Source: Promethearchaeota archaeon
GTDB taxonomy: Archaea; Asgardarchaeota; Lokiarchaeia; Sigyniarchaeales; Sigyniarchaeaceae
Direction: 5' to 3'
Length of the DNA: 64,000 nucleotides
NCBI GenBank assembly: GCA_041305945.1
Contig: JBGLND010000001.1
Location: 1,717,210 to 1,781,209 of the forward strand
The position numbers were made by a program, and so were the translations under genes. Below, piece by piece: positions 43,763 to 52,951 of the stretch. How positions within the stretch are numbered: position 1 is the first letter of the stretch; each line of letters opens with the position of its first letter. Below the pieces are notes generated by a model. The model was not told the DNA's origin. It worked only from the letters and a program-made list of their open reading frames with translations, and searched no databases.

Positions 43763-46396
43763 ATGAAAATCATGTTACTCCGTAAATTGATTTTGTTATC
43801 TGGACTAGCGGTCGTGATTTCGTTGTCGTGCTGGTGTTCGGTAGCTAGCGCCGGTTCCTTTGATGTCGGCGGGCAGCTCACCCTCACGACCTCGGATGAC
43901 GATGCATTCAAGATCGGTGCCGTCCGAGCGGAAAACGACCGTTACAACCTGCTGGCAACTTCCTCGCGTGAAGGCCAGTTTTATGCCTTTAATGACCAGT
44001 TCACGGATTCGGAAGCGTCGTTCCAGAACAACGATCCGGACTTGTACCCCGCGCGGTTCGGCACGGTTCTTAATGGTTTGAATCCTTGGAACCCCTCGTC
44101 CAGCGTGCGCTGGGTAGGGGTATCCAACAACACCGAGAACAAGGCTGCTTACCAAGTCTCGATGGTTAAGAGTTCCGAGAGCCTCGCCGTTGGCGCCGAG
44201 AAGCTGGTCCGGTTGAACAATAGCTTGACCATCTTGAACTTGGAACTGTCCTTGTCCGCGCATACGCCTTATCTCTTGTTGTACCAGACGATAAGCGGAA
44301 CCCCTGGCCTCACGTTCGACCAAGCCAACACGATGGATTCCGCGGGCTTCCAGGTCACGCTCGTTGGTGGCGGTGGCACCATCAGGGGAAGCAATTACCT
44401 CATCCTGGTGCCGATGCACTCCGGCCCCGCCATCGTGTCGGCAACGTACGGGGCAACCGGCTTGGCAACGGTCAAGTTCGAGTTGCGTTCGGTTCCCGTC
44501 CACGGGATTTCCCCCGGCGTGTTGAGCCAGTTCGGGGATGACTTGCTGGATGGTACGACCAACGACGTGGAGAAAAAACCATTCACGAGCTACTGCTTCG
44601 CGATGGACGTGGCCCCCGGCGACACCTACACCTACCAGTGCTTGCGAAGCACGTCCGGCACCACCACGGTTCGCATGTCCGTGTTCGTGCCTGGGGGACA
44701 ATCCTACACGCTTGCTTACGGGCCGGACGCGAGCGCGACCATTGCCCCTGCGGGGAACATCGCGATGGCGCACGGTCGCGTCTTGGTGCTCGTCGTGGAG
44801 GAAGTCTGGACTGCCTTGAACAGCTACAACGTGCTCATGACGCGTCCTAGCATCCTGAGCATGGGTGCCAACGAGAACCGGAACTTCAGGATCGAGCCGC
44901 GCACCTACCAAGCATTGAAGGTCAGCATCGGCAGGGAAACCATCTTCCGGTTCAACAGCTCCGCTGTTGGTGTCACCGTGACCGGCCCGTGGCACTACAC
45001 GGGTGGCATGGGATTGATGCCTATCTCCGCGAATTATTATTTCGACGTCGCCGATGGTGCTGAATTCGACCGGCAGTACTTTGCGCGTCCCGGGGATTAC
45101 TTCTTCCTGTTGAATAATTTCAACAACGACCCGGTAGGTCGCATAAATGTATCCACCACCGTGTACGATAACGAGATCATCTCGACCGGGTTCTCGTTCT
45201 GGCAGGACACGTGGAACGAGACAGAGGACCAGTGGGCGACGATCCTCAACACCACCTACTGGGAGAACGCTGCCTTGTACGACAAGGCCGTTTTCCAGGA
45301 TCTCGGGAAGGGCACGGGCGCGAAGGTCGCCAAGGCATTCAAGTTCAAGATCGAGCAGCTCACGTTCGCTCGCGTTGGCCTCCAGCTCAGCTTCCTCGAT
45401 AACCCGCAGTTCGGCACCACCGACAACTGGGGCGGGAACGTCGACTGGGCGCTGTTCGGGCCGCACGGGTACTTCAAGGGCGACCCGGGGGCATGGGAGG
45501 TCGCGACGGATGGTGGTCCTATGGCATGGGGACCACTAGATAGCTACACCTATTACACCTCCCGCACGTACCGGTCCGGCGTCATCACGTTCCCGGAGGT
45601 CGGGGACTATTACCTCCTCGTGGGCATCGACGACTGGGAAGACGTGACCGTGGGTAACGTGGCCTACAACGGGTCCATGACGCTTGGCTTCCGGTTGATG
45701 TCCGAGAACCAGTACATCCATTGGGCGGACTACGCGATTTCCTCCGCACCGAGCGTCCACGCGTACAGTCCCGGAACGGGCTTCCGTTCGGTGAAAGCCT
45801 TGGACTTCTCGGAAATGTACAACACGCCCGAGTACTTCGGCACGAACGTGCTCAGCACCCTCAATACCCGCCAGTACTTCAAGGGTGTCATCTACCGGGT
45901 GACCAATGCACGGCCCTACTCGTGGACGCAGCTCGTCTTGTACTACGATGACATATTCGACTTGACGCAGGCCGGGACCGGCATAGGCGAGGCGAACGCC
46001 AACGGCATCTCGCTCATCTACGACGGGTCGTGGGCACCGTGGGGTCGCCAGTTCTACACGCGGGCAATTAACTTCCAATCCGCAGGGGACTTCAGGGGAC
46101 AAGCCAACGTGGTCGACACGACCGGGGAATACTCCATGGAATTCGGGGTGCTGGATGACTCGTTCATGCTCTGGATCAATCCCGAGGAATACACGACGGG
46201 AGATGCCGACCTGAGCGCGACCTTGGGCATCCTTCTCACGCAATACGACACGCCCGTGGCGATCGGCTTCCGCGGCACGACCGATTACTCGCTGCTCATC
46301 ATGATCATCGTGATTGGAGGCGCTGCCGCGGCGGCCGTGATCGTCATCGTCGCCCTATGGCGCACCGGCAAGCTCGATAAATTTAAGCGATATTGA
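43763..46396 (+). CDS. 877-aa secreted, C-terminally anchored protein of unknown function
   Basis: Signal MKIMLLRKLILLSGLAVVISLSCWCSVASA, a long beta-rich region, and the tail LLIMIIVIGGAAAAAVIVIVALWRTGKLDKFKRY. The antisense 553-aa ORF has junk composition. Confidence 0.75.
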   Translation: MKIMLLRKLILLSGLAVVISLSCWCSVASAGSFDVGGQLTLTTSDDDAFKIGAVRAENDRYNLLATSSREGQFYAFNDQFTDSEASFQNNDPDLYPARFGTVLNGLNPWNPSSSVRWVGVSNNTENKAAYQVSMVKSSESLAVGAEKLVRLNNSLTILNLELSLSAHTPYLLLYQTISGTPGLTFDQANTMDSAGFQVTLVGGGGTIRGSNYLILVPMHSGPAIVSATYGATGLATVKFELRSVPVHGISPGVLSQFGDDLLDGTTNDVEKKPFTSYCFAMDVAPGDTYTYQCLRSTSGTTTVRMSVFVPGGQSYTLAYGPDASATIAPAGNIAMAHGRVLVLVVEEVWTALNSYNVLMTRPSILSMGANENRNFRIEPRTYQALKVSIGRETIFRFNSSAVGVTVTGPWHYTGGMGLMPISANYYFDVADGAEFDRQYFARPGDYFFLLNNFNNDPVGRINVSTTVYDNEIISTGFSFWQDTWNETEDQWATILNTTYWENAALYDKAVFQDLGKGTGAKVAKAFKFKIEQLTFARVGLQLSFLDNPQFGTTDNWGGNVDWALFGPHGYFKGDPGAWEVATDGGPMAWGPLDSYTYYTSRTYRSGVITFPEVGDYYLLVGIDDWEDVTVGNVAYNGSMTLGFRLMSENQYIHWADYAISSAPSVHAYSPGTGFRSVKALDFSEMYNTPEYFGTNVLSTLNTRQYFKGVIYRVTNARPYSWTQLVLYYDDIFDLTQAGTGIGEANANGISLIYDGSWAPWGRQFYTRAINFQSAGDFRGQANVVDTTGEYSMEFGVLDDSFMLWINPEEYTTGDADLSATLGILLTQYDTPVAIGFRGTTDYSLLIMIIVIGGAAAAAVIVIVALWRTGKLDKFKRY

Positions 46397-46399
46397 ACC

Positions 46400-46431
46400 A
46401 TTTTCTGTTTAATATTCATCTCTCTTTTTTA
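46400..46431 (+). terminator. oligo-T tracts downstream of convergent genes (archaeal-type terminator candidate)
   Basis: TTTTCTGTTT at 46401-46410 and T6 at 46425-46430, lying 5-35 nt after the stop at 46396. Confidence 0.3.
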
Positions 46432-46559
46432 TACTTCGCCCTTGATTCTCGTTTGGACCATGCGTGGGCTCCAAGACCGGGTTATGCCGTGGTCATGGTC
46501 ATTTTGGAGACACGGGCAAACAAGGAAAAAATGAGAAAGGAGGAATAACACAAGGCCTA

Positions 46560-47561
46560 TTACTTGCTCATCTGCCAGAGCTTGCGAAGGCTCACTTGCA
46601 TCAAGTAGAGCTGGATTTGCCTGGCACCGCCGACGACTTCCTGGATGCGGGACACGCCGAGCAAGTCTTGCATGAGCGTGTTGTCGTTAACACCACCACC
46701 GCCCATGACGTTCGCCATCTCGTAACAGCAGCGTTCTGCAAGGATGGCACCTTGGTACTTCAGCTGGCTCGAGCTCGCCACGAGTGCCATGTTGAGAGCC
46801 GGCGGGAGGTGCCCGTTGTACTGCTTGATGGCAGCATCGTACGAGCGGCAAAACTGGATGATCGCGAGCGTGAAGTTCATGGTCTGTGCCCAGTAATCGG
46901 CGACCAAGAACCCGACACCCTGGTGCTTGATAATTTCCTGGCCCATTTGCTTCCTGAGGTTGGTGTAAATCGTTGCAAACGTGAGCGCGCTCCATGCCTC
47001 GCACACGTCAAGCGCCGCGATGCCCATGCGTTCCGGCACGAGGCCCTCGAACAGGCCACCCTTGCCCTTGCCCACGTCGCACAATATCCTATCGTTTGGC
47101 ACGAGCGTGTTGGTGAACGTTTCCTTGCCGATGAATATACGGGGGACGCTCGGGATGTAGGATCGCTCGACTTTCACCGACGGGTCCGGCAGGACCACGA
47201 GGGACTGGGACATCCTCTTGTCAGCGTCGGGCGCGCTGGGGTCTTCCGTGCCGTACACGACCGCGTATTTCGACTTCGGCCCGTTCGTGTTGTAGCACTT
47301 GACCCCCGTGATGTGGAGCCCTTCAGGGCTGCGCTTGGCGATCGTGTCCAGGTGCGTGGCATCGCTCCCCTTGGTGGGTTCCGTGATGCAGATGCAACCT
47401 GCTGCTTGCCCCGTGACCATGTCCTTGAGTGCTTGGAGGCATGGTTCCCTGTTCTCGTGGTGGTGCTTGACAGGGTTGATGCAGAGCACGGTCGCGCCCA
47501 TGGCCATGTTGAACTGGGGGTCGAACATGTCGATGGCAGCACAGCGCAAGAAATCTGCCAT
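46560..47561 (-). CDS. acyl-CoA dehydrogenase, N-terminal ~60 aa missing
   Basis: ITEPTKGSDA, NTNGPKSKYAVVYG and the C-terminal GGGGVNDNTLMQDLLGVSRIQEVVGGARQIQ blocks are present. The usual N-terminal helical segment is absent. Confidence 0.75.
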   Translation of the reverse strand: MADFLRCAAIDMFDPQFNMAMGATVLCINPVKHHHENREPCLQALKDMVTGQAAGCICITEPTKGSDATHLDTIAKRSPEGLHITGVKCYNTNGPKSKYAVVYGTEDPSAPDADKRMSQSLVVLPDPSVKVERSYIPSVPRIFIGKETFTNTLVPNDRILCDVGKGKGGLFEGLVPERMGIAALDVCEAWSALTFATIYTNLRKQMGQEIIKHQGVGFLVADYWAQTMNFTLAIIQFCRSYDAAIKQYNGHLPPALNMALVASSSQLKYQGAILAERCCYEMANVMGGGGVNDNTLMQDLLGVSRIQEVVGGARQIQLYLMQVSLRKLWQMSK

Positions 47562-47602
47562 CAAGCCATCGTTATCGCCGTGTTCGATGCCGATCTGATG
47601 TC

Positions 47603-49186
47603 GTGGAAGATGCCGATGTCGCGTGTCCAGAAGGAACGACCATCACCGTGAAAAAATTGTTTTTCAACGTTCCCGTTCGCAAGAAGTTCTTGAAAAGCCC
47701 CGCGGTGGAATTCTCGCATGTCTCGGACATCGTGACGCGATACGCTCTCGCACGTCACGAGCTGGATATCAAGCTTTTCCATGATGGACGCCCCGTCATC
47801 GATGCCCCCGCGAGCAAGGGCGACTTGCTCAACTCCATCGTTGCCATTTACGGGAAGGAGCACGCCACCGCGATGTTGAAGGTCGATTGCATTGATCCCG
47901 ACTTCTCGTTGCACGGTTACATCGCGGACCCGAGCATCACGCGCAGCTCGCGGGCCTACTCGTCCCTGTTCGTGAACGGCCGGTTCGTGTACTCGGGCGA
48001 CATCGCAAAGGCGATAGAATCGGGCTACCGGGGCAGGGTAATGACCGGCCGGTACCCGTTTTACGTCCTGTTCCTCGACATCAAGCCCGAGCTGATCGAC
48101 GTCAACATCCATCCATCCAAGAAGGAGATCAAGTTCAGCAACGAGCCCGTGCTCCTCGATCGCATCCAAGAATGGACGGGCGCGACCTTGGACGAGAAGG
48201 TGCAAAAGACACGCATCCCGGGACTCGACACGACGCTGTATATGCACGTCAGTAGCGAGGACCTCTCACGCGACCTGCATGACGGTCCCGTCAGGGATGC
48301 CACGGCGGTGGTGCCGCCCGTGCCGTCCGAGCCGGTTCCCGCCGCGTTGCTCGAGATCGAGGGTGAAGTCAACAAGCGGCTTGACCACGCCGCGTCGGAA
48401 GCCACCGGGGCGGCAATCGGTGCACCGCGTGGTGACCTTGGCCAGGCCCCGTCCCCCCCGGAGAAAGCAAGGGCAGCGGCGCCCTCGCGAGCGTCGGTGC
48501 TCGCGGGCTACGTGCCCCTGGTCGAACGCCCCGAGGACGAGGCCACGCACGTCCAGATCGACCAAGGTGCGTTCAAGGTGCTCCCCACGTTGTTCATGCT
48601 CGATCGGGGATGCCAAGTCGCGAACACGTTCCTCGTGTTCAAGAATAACGAAGGGGACCTTGTCATCGTCGATCAGCACGCCGCATCCGAGCGCGTGGAA
48701 TACGAGAGGTTATCCAAGAAGGTGGCTTCTGGTACAGGCATCACGTCGCAAGAGCTCTTGACCCCGAAGCGGATCAACTTGCCGCCTGCCCTCCACGCGT
48801 TGCTCGATGATGCAATCCCCGTGCTGGAAGGATTCGGGTTTGCCATCGAAAAAAAGCATGAGGGGAGCAGCGATGCCTACTTTCTTGCTGCCTTTCCTTA
48901 CTTCTTTCATAAAAGCGTCGATACCCTCGTTATCGAGAACCTCCTCGAGGAGTTGCTTTCCAAGGAACGGGATGACGCGGTGGCGAATTCTAAGGACGAG
49001 GTGCTGAAAATCATGGCGTGCCACGCCGCCATCCGGGCAGGGGATTCCCTCAGCCCTCGGCAGGCGTGGACGTTGTTGCGTGACCTCGACCGGTGCGACG
49101 ACCCGCTCCATTGCTGCCACGGCAGGCCCACCTGGATAGTGAAAACCTTCAAGGACCTTGAAAAGGACTTCAAGCGAGTCCTTTAA
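47603..49186 (+). CDS. mutL: DNA mismatch repair protein MutL (endonuclease type), N-terminal ~95 aa (GHKL ATP-binding motifs) missing
   Basis: It begins at ...PEGTTITVKKLFFNVPVRKKFLKS. It carries DQHAASERVEYE (DQHA-x2-E-x4-E) at 48671-48706, plus ACHAAIRAGD and CCHGRPT. Confidence 0.85.
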   Translation: MEDADVACPEGTTITVKKLFFNVPVRKKFLKSPAVEFSHVSDIVTRYALARHELDIKLFHDGRPVIDAPASKGDLLNSIVAIYGKEHATAMLKVDCIDPDFSLHGYIADPSITRSSRAYSSLFVNGRFVYSGDIAKAIESGYRGRVMTGRYPFYVLFLDIKPELIDVNIHPSKKEIKFSNEPVLLDRIQEWTGATLDEKVQKTRIPGLDTTLYMHVSSEDLSRDLHDGPVRDATAVVPPVPSEPVPAALLEIEGEVNKRLDHAASEATGAAIGAPRGDLGQAPSPPEKARAAAPSRASVLAGYVPLVERPEDEATHVQIDQGAFKVLPTLFMLDRGCQVANTFLVFKNNEGDLVIVDQHAASERVEYERLSKKVASGTGITSQELLTPKRINLPPALHALLDDAIPVLEGFGFAIEKKHEGSSDAYFLAAFPYFFHKSVDTLVIENLLEELLSKERDDAVANSKDEVLKIMACHAAIRAGDSLSPRQAWTLLRDLDRCDDPLHCCHGRPTWIVKTFKDLEKDFKRVL

Positions 49187-49246
49187 CCATGCATAACGGA
49201 TAAGAATTAACTATTACATTCTTGTCTGTCTATCTGGCCTAATACA

Positions 49247-50941
49247 ATGTCAAGGGAAACCATTCTCGTGCCCGACTTGTCGGCGTTCGTGAACCAGAAG
49301 GTACTCGAGGCTGCTGGCCCCGGGGCATGCCCGCCAAACAAGGTATCAATCCTCGTGAACCGGACGATCTTGTCCCATATCGAGCAGCTCGCGAGCCACC
49401 AAGACCCGACCGGGATACTCGGGCTAGAACATCTGTCCGAGATCACGGCAGCGACCCTCGAGAATCGCATCTCGTTGCGTGTCATCGATTCCATCGAGGC
49501 GAGGAAGGACATGACCTTGGAAGAGGCTTGCCGCGCGCTCGCCTTGGAGCAAGATGGCACGGTGATCACGTGCGATCCCGTGCAAGAAACGATATGCAAG
49601 TTGGAAAATATACCCGTATCAAGGGTCGAGGTTCACGCGGAGGTCCCGGTGGAGGCATTGTTCGCCCGCCTGTTCGACGGGGAGACCATGTCCGTGCACC
49701 TCGTCGAGGGGATGGTCCCGCGCGGGAAGAAGGGGAAGCCCGGCGCGTGGCGCCTCGGGACCATCGGGTCGGAACCGAGCATGAAACCCCAGCTCGCCCG
49801 CTTGGTCAACGAGCTGGTCACGCTCACGACGCTCAAGGGCCAAGCACGGGCGTTCCTCGAGATCGATTACGACGGTGCGAAGGTCGTCCAGTTCGACAAC
49901 TACCGCATCGCGATCGCCTATCCCCCCGTCGCGAAGCGGTACGAGATCACCGTCACGCGGCCCCTCGTCAAGCTCGACTTGCAATATTACCACCTCCCCG
50001 AGGACCTCGTCCAGCGGTTCCTGACGGAAGCGGATGGCATCCTCGTTAGCGGCCCGCCGGGTGCCGGCAAGTCCACCTTCGCTTCGGCGTTGGCCAACTT
50101 CTACTCGCGCCACGACAAGATCGTGAAGACCTTGGAGGGCGTGCGGGACTTGCAAGTCGACCCCGAGATCACCCAGTATGGTGCCATCGAGCGGGAGATG
50201 GAGAAGAACGCGGACCTGCTCCTGCTCGTCCGTCCCGATTACACGATATACGACGAGGTCAGAAGGACGCGGGACTTCGAGATATTCGTTGACTTGCGGC
50301 AAGCCGGCGTGGGCATGGTCGGGGTCATCCACGCGTCCACGCCCATCGATGCCATCCAGCGCTTCATCAACCGCGTGGACCTCGGCATCCTGCCTCAAGT
50401 CGTCGACACCGTGGTGTTCGTCAACAACGGCGCGATACAAGACATTTTCGGCGTGCGCATGGTCGTCAAGATCCCCAAGGGATTCAGGGACGAGGGCCTG
50501 GCACGGCCCGTCGTGGAGGTGTTCTCGTTCTTCGATCGCCGGAAGGTGCTTTACGAGATATACACGTTCGGCGAGAACGTCGTGGTCATTCCCGTCGACA
50601 AGTCCGCTGAACGGCGGGGCAATGGGCCTGGCGGCGGGTCCCGGCGGGCCCCGGGAGATTTCAACCGGGGGCGCGGGGTCCACGATGACGACGGGGAAGG
50701 CGATGGCCTTGATCGCAGGCGCGTGCGCGCTGTTAACGAGACACCCGCCGTGGTAGAGTTTTACCTTGGCAAGGACGTCGCCAACCGGGTAGTTGCGATC
50801 TTGCTCCCCGGCGGGGAACCGATACTTACCGGCACCGTGAACCCGGCGGGATACTTGCGGGTGAAGCGGAAGAGCAAGCTGGGAAAGAAGCTAGATTACG
50901 TGATGCGCAACACGGAAGACTTCTTTTTCGAGACGTATTAG
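49247..50941 (+). CDS. archaeal PIN-domain / PilT-like ATPase / KH-domain protein
   Basis: The N-terminal PIN-like segment is ILVPDLSAFVN. Walker A is LVSGPPGAGKSTF. The domain order is typical of the archaeal PINc-ATPase-KH family. Confidence 0.75.
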   Translation: MSRETILVPDLSAFVNQKVLEAAGPGACPPNKVSILVNRTILSHIEQLASHQDPTGILGLEHLSEITAATLENRISLRVIDSIEARKDMTLEEACRALALEQDGTVITCDPVQETICKLENIPVSRVEVHAEVPVEALFARLFDGETMSVHLVEGMVPRGKKGKPGAWRLGTIGSEPSMKPQLARLVNELVTLTTLKGQARAFLEIDYDGAKVVQFDNYRIAIAYPPVAKRYEITVTRPLVKLDLQYYHLPEDLVQRFLTEADGILVSGPPGAGKSTFASALANFYSRHDKIVKTLEGVRDLQVDPEITQYGAIEREMEKNADLLLLVRPDYTIYDEVRRTRDFEIFVDLRQAGVGMVGVIHASTPIDAIQRFINRVDLGILPQVVDTVVFVNNGAIQDIFGVRMVVKIPKGFRDEGLARPVVEVFSFFDRRKVLYEIYTFGENVVVIPVDKSAERRGNGPGGGSRRAPGDFNRGRGVHDDDGEGDGLDRRRVRAVNETPAVVEFYLGKDVANRVVAILLPGGEPILTGTVNPAGYLRVKRKSKLGKKLDYVMRNTEDFFFETY

Positions 50942-50979
50942 TGCACGTGATAAAAAAAGAGAAATATTTTAGTAAAGAC

Positions 50980-51723
50980 CTAGCTTCTCCTGCGCCCGAT
51001 GACCATGATCAAGAAGATGCGGACGATCAAGATGAAGTAGTTGATTGCCAGCGATGCCGTGCCGAGGACCCATTGGCCGGACGCGACACGTGACCTGAGT
51101 GCCCTCAAGTCCCAGATCGAGTAGATGCCGACGATCGCGACACTAACCAGCGATGAAACGAGCAAGTACCAGTCCCAGTTTCCCGTCAATAACGAAGTAA
51201 ACGTCCATATCGATGTCCCGATGAGCAAGAATGACGCTATCCAGTAACTATACCGGGAAAACCCGGATCCTGCCGAGAACCACCCGGGGGACATTCTCGT
51301 GACGAACGCGAGGAACACGAGCACTGTCGTGGCCGCGACGACCGCGATCGAGAAGAGCTGGATGACGTCTGCCATGTCTCCCAAGTACGCGAGGGCTATC
51401 AGCAAGACCGGCCGTTGCATCAAGCCCGTCGCGAAGCACAGCCCGTAGAACGAGACCAGCGCGATCGTGTTGTGCCTGCCGGTGGAGCCAAACCCGAATG
51501 TCAGCAGCAACGCTGCGAAGTAACCCACGAAGCTCAAGACGATGATTGGAACCGTGTACGGGACGAGCATAGTCAAAAACATTGTCAAGCAAAACAAGAG
51601 CGTCCCGGATGCGATCGTTGGAAGAACATTATACTTTATGATTTGATCCACGATTTGGGCATCCGTCATCTCTTCTGTCTTGTTGGCTACGTTCCTGTAG
51701 AAGTTATATCCCATTTCTTTCAC
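50980..51723 (-). CDS. Bax inhibitor-1/YccA family membrane protein
   Basis: 247 aa with 7 hydrophobic spans. The C-terminal AINYFILIVRIFLIMVIGRRRS resembles the BI-1 family tail. Confidence 0.65.
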   Translation of the reverse strand: MKEMGYNFYRNVANKTEEMTDAQIVDQIIKYNVLPTIASGTLLFCLTMFLTMLVPYTVPIIVLSFVGYFAALLLTFGFGSTGRHNTIALVSFYGLCFATGLMQRPVLLIALAYLGDMADVIQLFSIAVVAATTVLVFLAFVTRMSPGWFSAGSGFSRYSYWIASFLLIGTSIWTFTSLLTGNWDWYLLVSSLVSVAIVGIYSIWDLRALRSRVASGQWVLGTASLAINYFILIVRIFLIMVIGRRRS

Positions 51724-52036
51724 CTATCGTTCCTTGGATGAAAAGTTTTCACGGATTTAAGAGCTGCCACGTGCTTTTATGTGTTATGCCTTGCCGAGAA
51801 AACGCCAAGGAAAAAAAGGCGAGAGAAAAATAAGCATCCACGTCGCACGCGACCTCCCGTTCCCCTTCGGCTTGGAACATCATGCCGTGCTGGCGCAAGA
51901 GCCGGGTGAACGATTCGCACGCGGTCCCTCCGGTCGGCACGGGACCAAGGTCGATTCCATGACCGATGGAGGCGCTGCCTTACATCCCGCGCTTCAAGCC
52001 TAGCATGATTATATTCGACGTCACGTTCGCATACCC

Positions 52037-52951
52037 ATGCAAGAAAAAGACAATGTACCCGATGAAGTCCCGAAGAAAAAGGACACGATCGGGCCTCAAT
52101 TCCTATCTAACCCGATTTTCAAGGTGATCGATGGCGCCTTGATCGGGGCACTGGATCTTGTAAAATCTGCGGGGCTCCAGCGGCAATTCATGTACTCGAA
52201 TTACTTGAATGCAGACTGGTTCTGGCACGGCTTGATGAAGAACTTGTTCGATTTCGAGATTCACGGCGCCGAACATGTCCCTCCGGAAGGCAAGGGTGGT
52301 GTTGTCTGCGTTAATCACACGAGCTTCTTGGATCAATTCATCATGGGCGTATCGGTAGCCCACGAAACGCGCCGCGTGATACACATCATGGGAAAACAAG
52401 AGATTTTCAATACCCCGTTGATGAACGCGTATTTCAGGTGGATCTATGGATTCCCCGTTAAACGTGGAGAGCATGACACGGAATCGTTCAATTACGCCAT
52501 GGATCTATTGAAAAAAGGAGAACTCGTTGGTATGTTTCCCGAGGCCACCCTAAACGAGGGTGGAACCAAGTTTCTCAAGGCAAAAACGGGCGCCGTCCGC
52601 ATGGCAATACAAGCCGAGGTCCCCATTATCCCCCTGAGCACCACCGGAGCCGACAAGATCATCGGGAAGGATATGAAAGCAGTTTCCTTGTCCCGGAAGC
52701 TGGTTGCCAGGTTCGGTGAGCCCTTCACGATGCACGAGAAATATTTTGGCAAGGACCCCACGCGTGACGAGCTCCAAGATGTCATGGATTTGCGGACGCT
52801 GCTAGTGTATGGCATGAACGGCGAGACCCTTAGCACGACACACGGCTATCCGTTGCGGATCTATATTCCTCACGAGCATCTCCAAGCCCTTGATTTCCTC
52901 GATCCCGTTTTGTTCGAGCTTGAGCACCTCAAGGTTCACCAGTTTCTCTAG
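52037..52951 (+). CDS. plsC: 1-acyl-sn-glycerol-3-phosphate acyltransferase-like (PlsC family); the ORF tail beyond ~52790 is antisense read-through
   Basis: It has the H-x4-D motif VNHTSFLDQF, FPVKRG, the FPEATLNEGG block and VPIIPL. Confidence 0.8.
   Translation: MQEKDNVPDEVPKKKDTIGPQFLSNPIFKVIDGALIGALDLVKSAGLQRQFMYSNYLNADWFWHGLMKNLFDFEIHGAEHVPPEGKGGVVCVNHTSFLDQFIMGVSVAHETRRVIHIMGKQEIFNTPLMNAYFRWIYGFPVKRGEHDTESFNYAMDLLKKGELVGMFPEATLNEGGTKFLKAKTGAVRMAIQAEVPIIPLSTTGADKIIGKDMKAVSLSRKLVARFGEPFTMHEKYFGKDPTRDELQDVMDLRTLLVYGMNGETLSTTHGYPLRIYIPHEHLQALDFLDPVLFELEHLKVHQFL

Noticed and set aside
43805-45466. 553-aa minus-strand ORF
   Set aside because: It is antisense to the 877-aa secreted protein gene. 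It shows Arg/Gly/His-rich low-complexity text and lacks a start context. The sense ORF has a signal peptide, an SD box and a C-terminal anchor.
46464-48247. 395-aa (+) ORF over the acyl-CoA dehydrogenase gene and 228-aa (-) ORF over mutL
   Set aside because: Both are antisense shadows of genes with clear family motifs. They cross the 47598 junction only because no stop happens to occur.
49619-50683. 354-aa minus-strand ORF (and 240-aa/192-aa plus-strand alternative frames)
   Set aside because: These are antisense or off-frame to the PIN-ATPase-KH gene, with Arg/Asp/His/Pro-rich junk composition.
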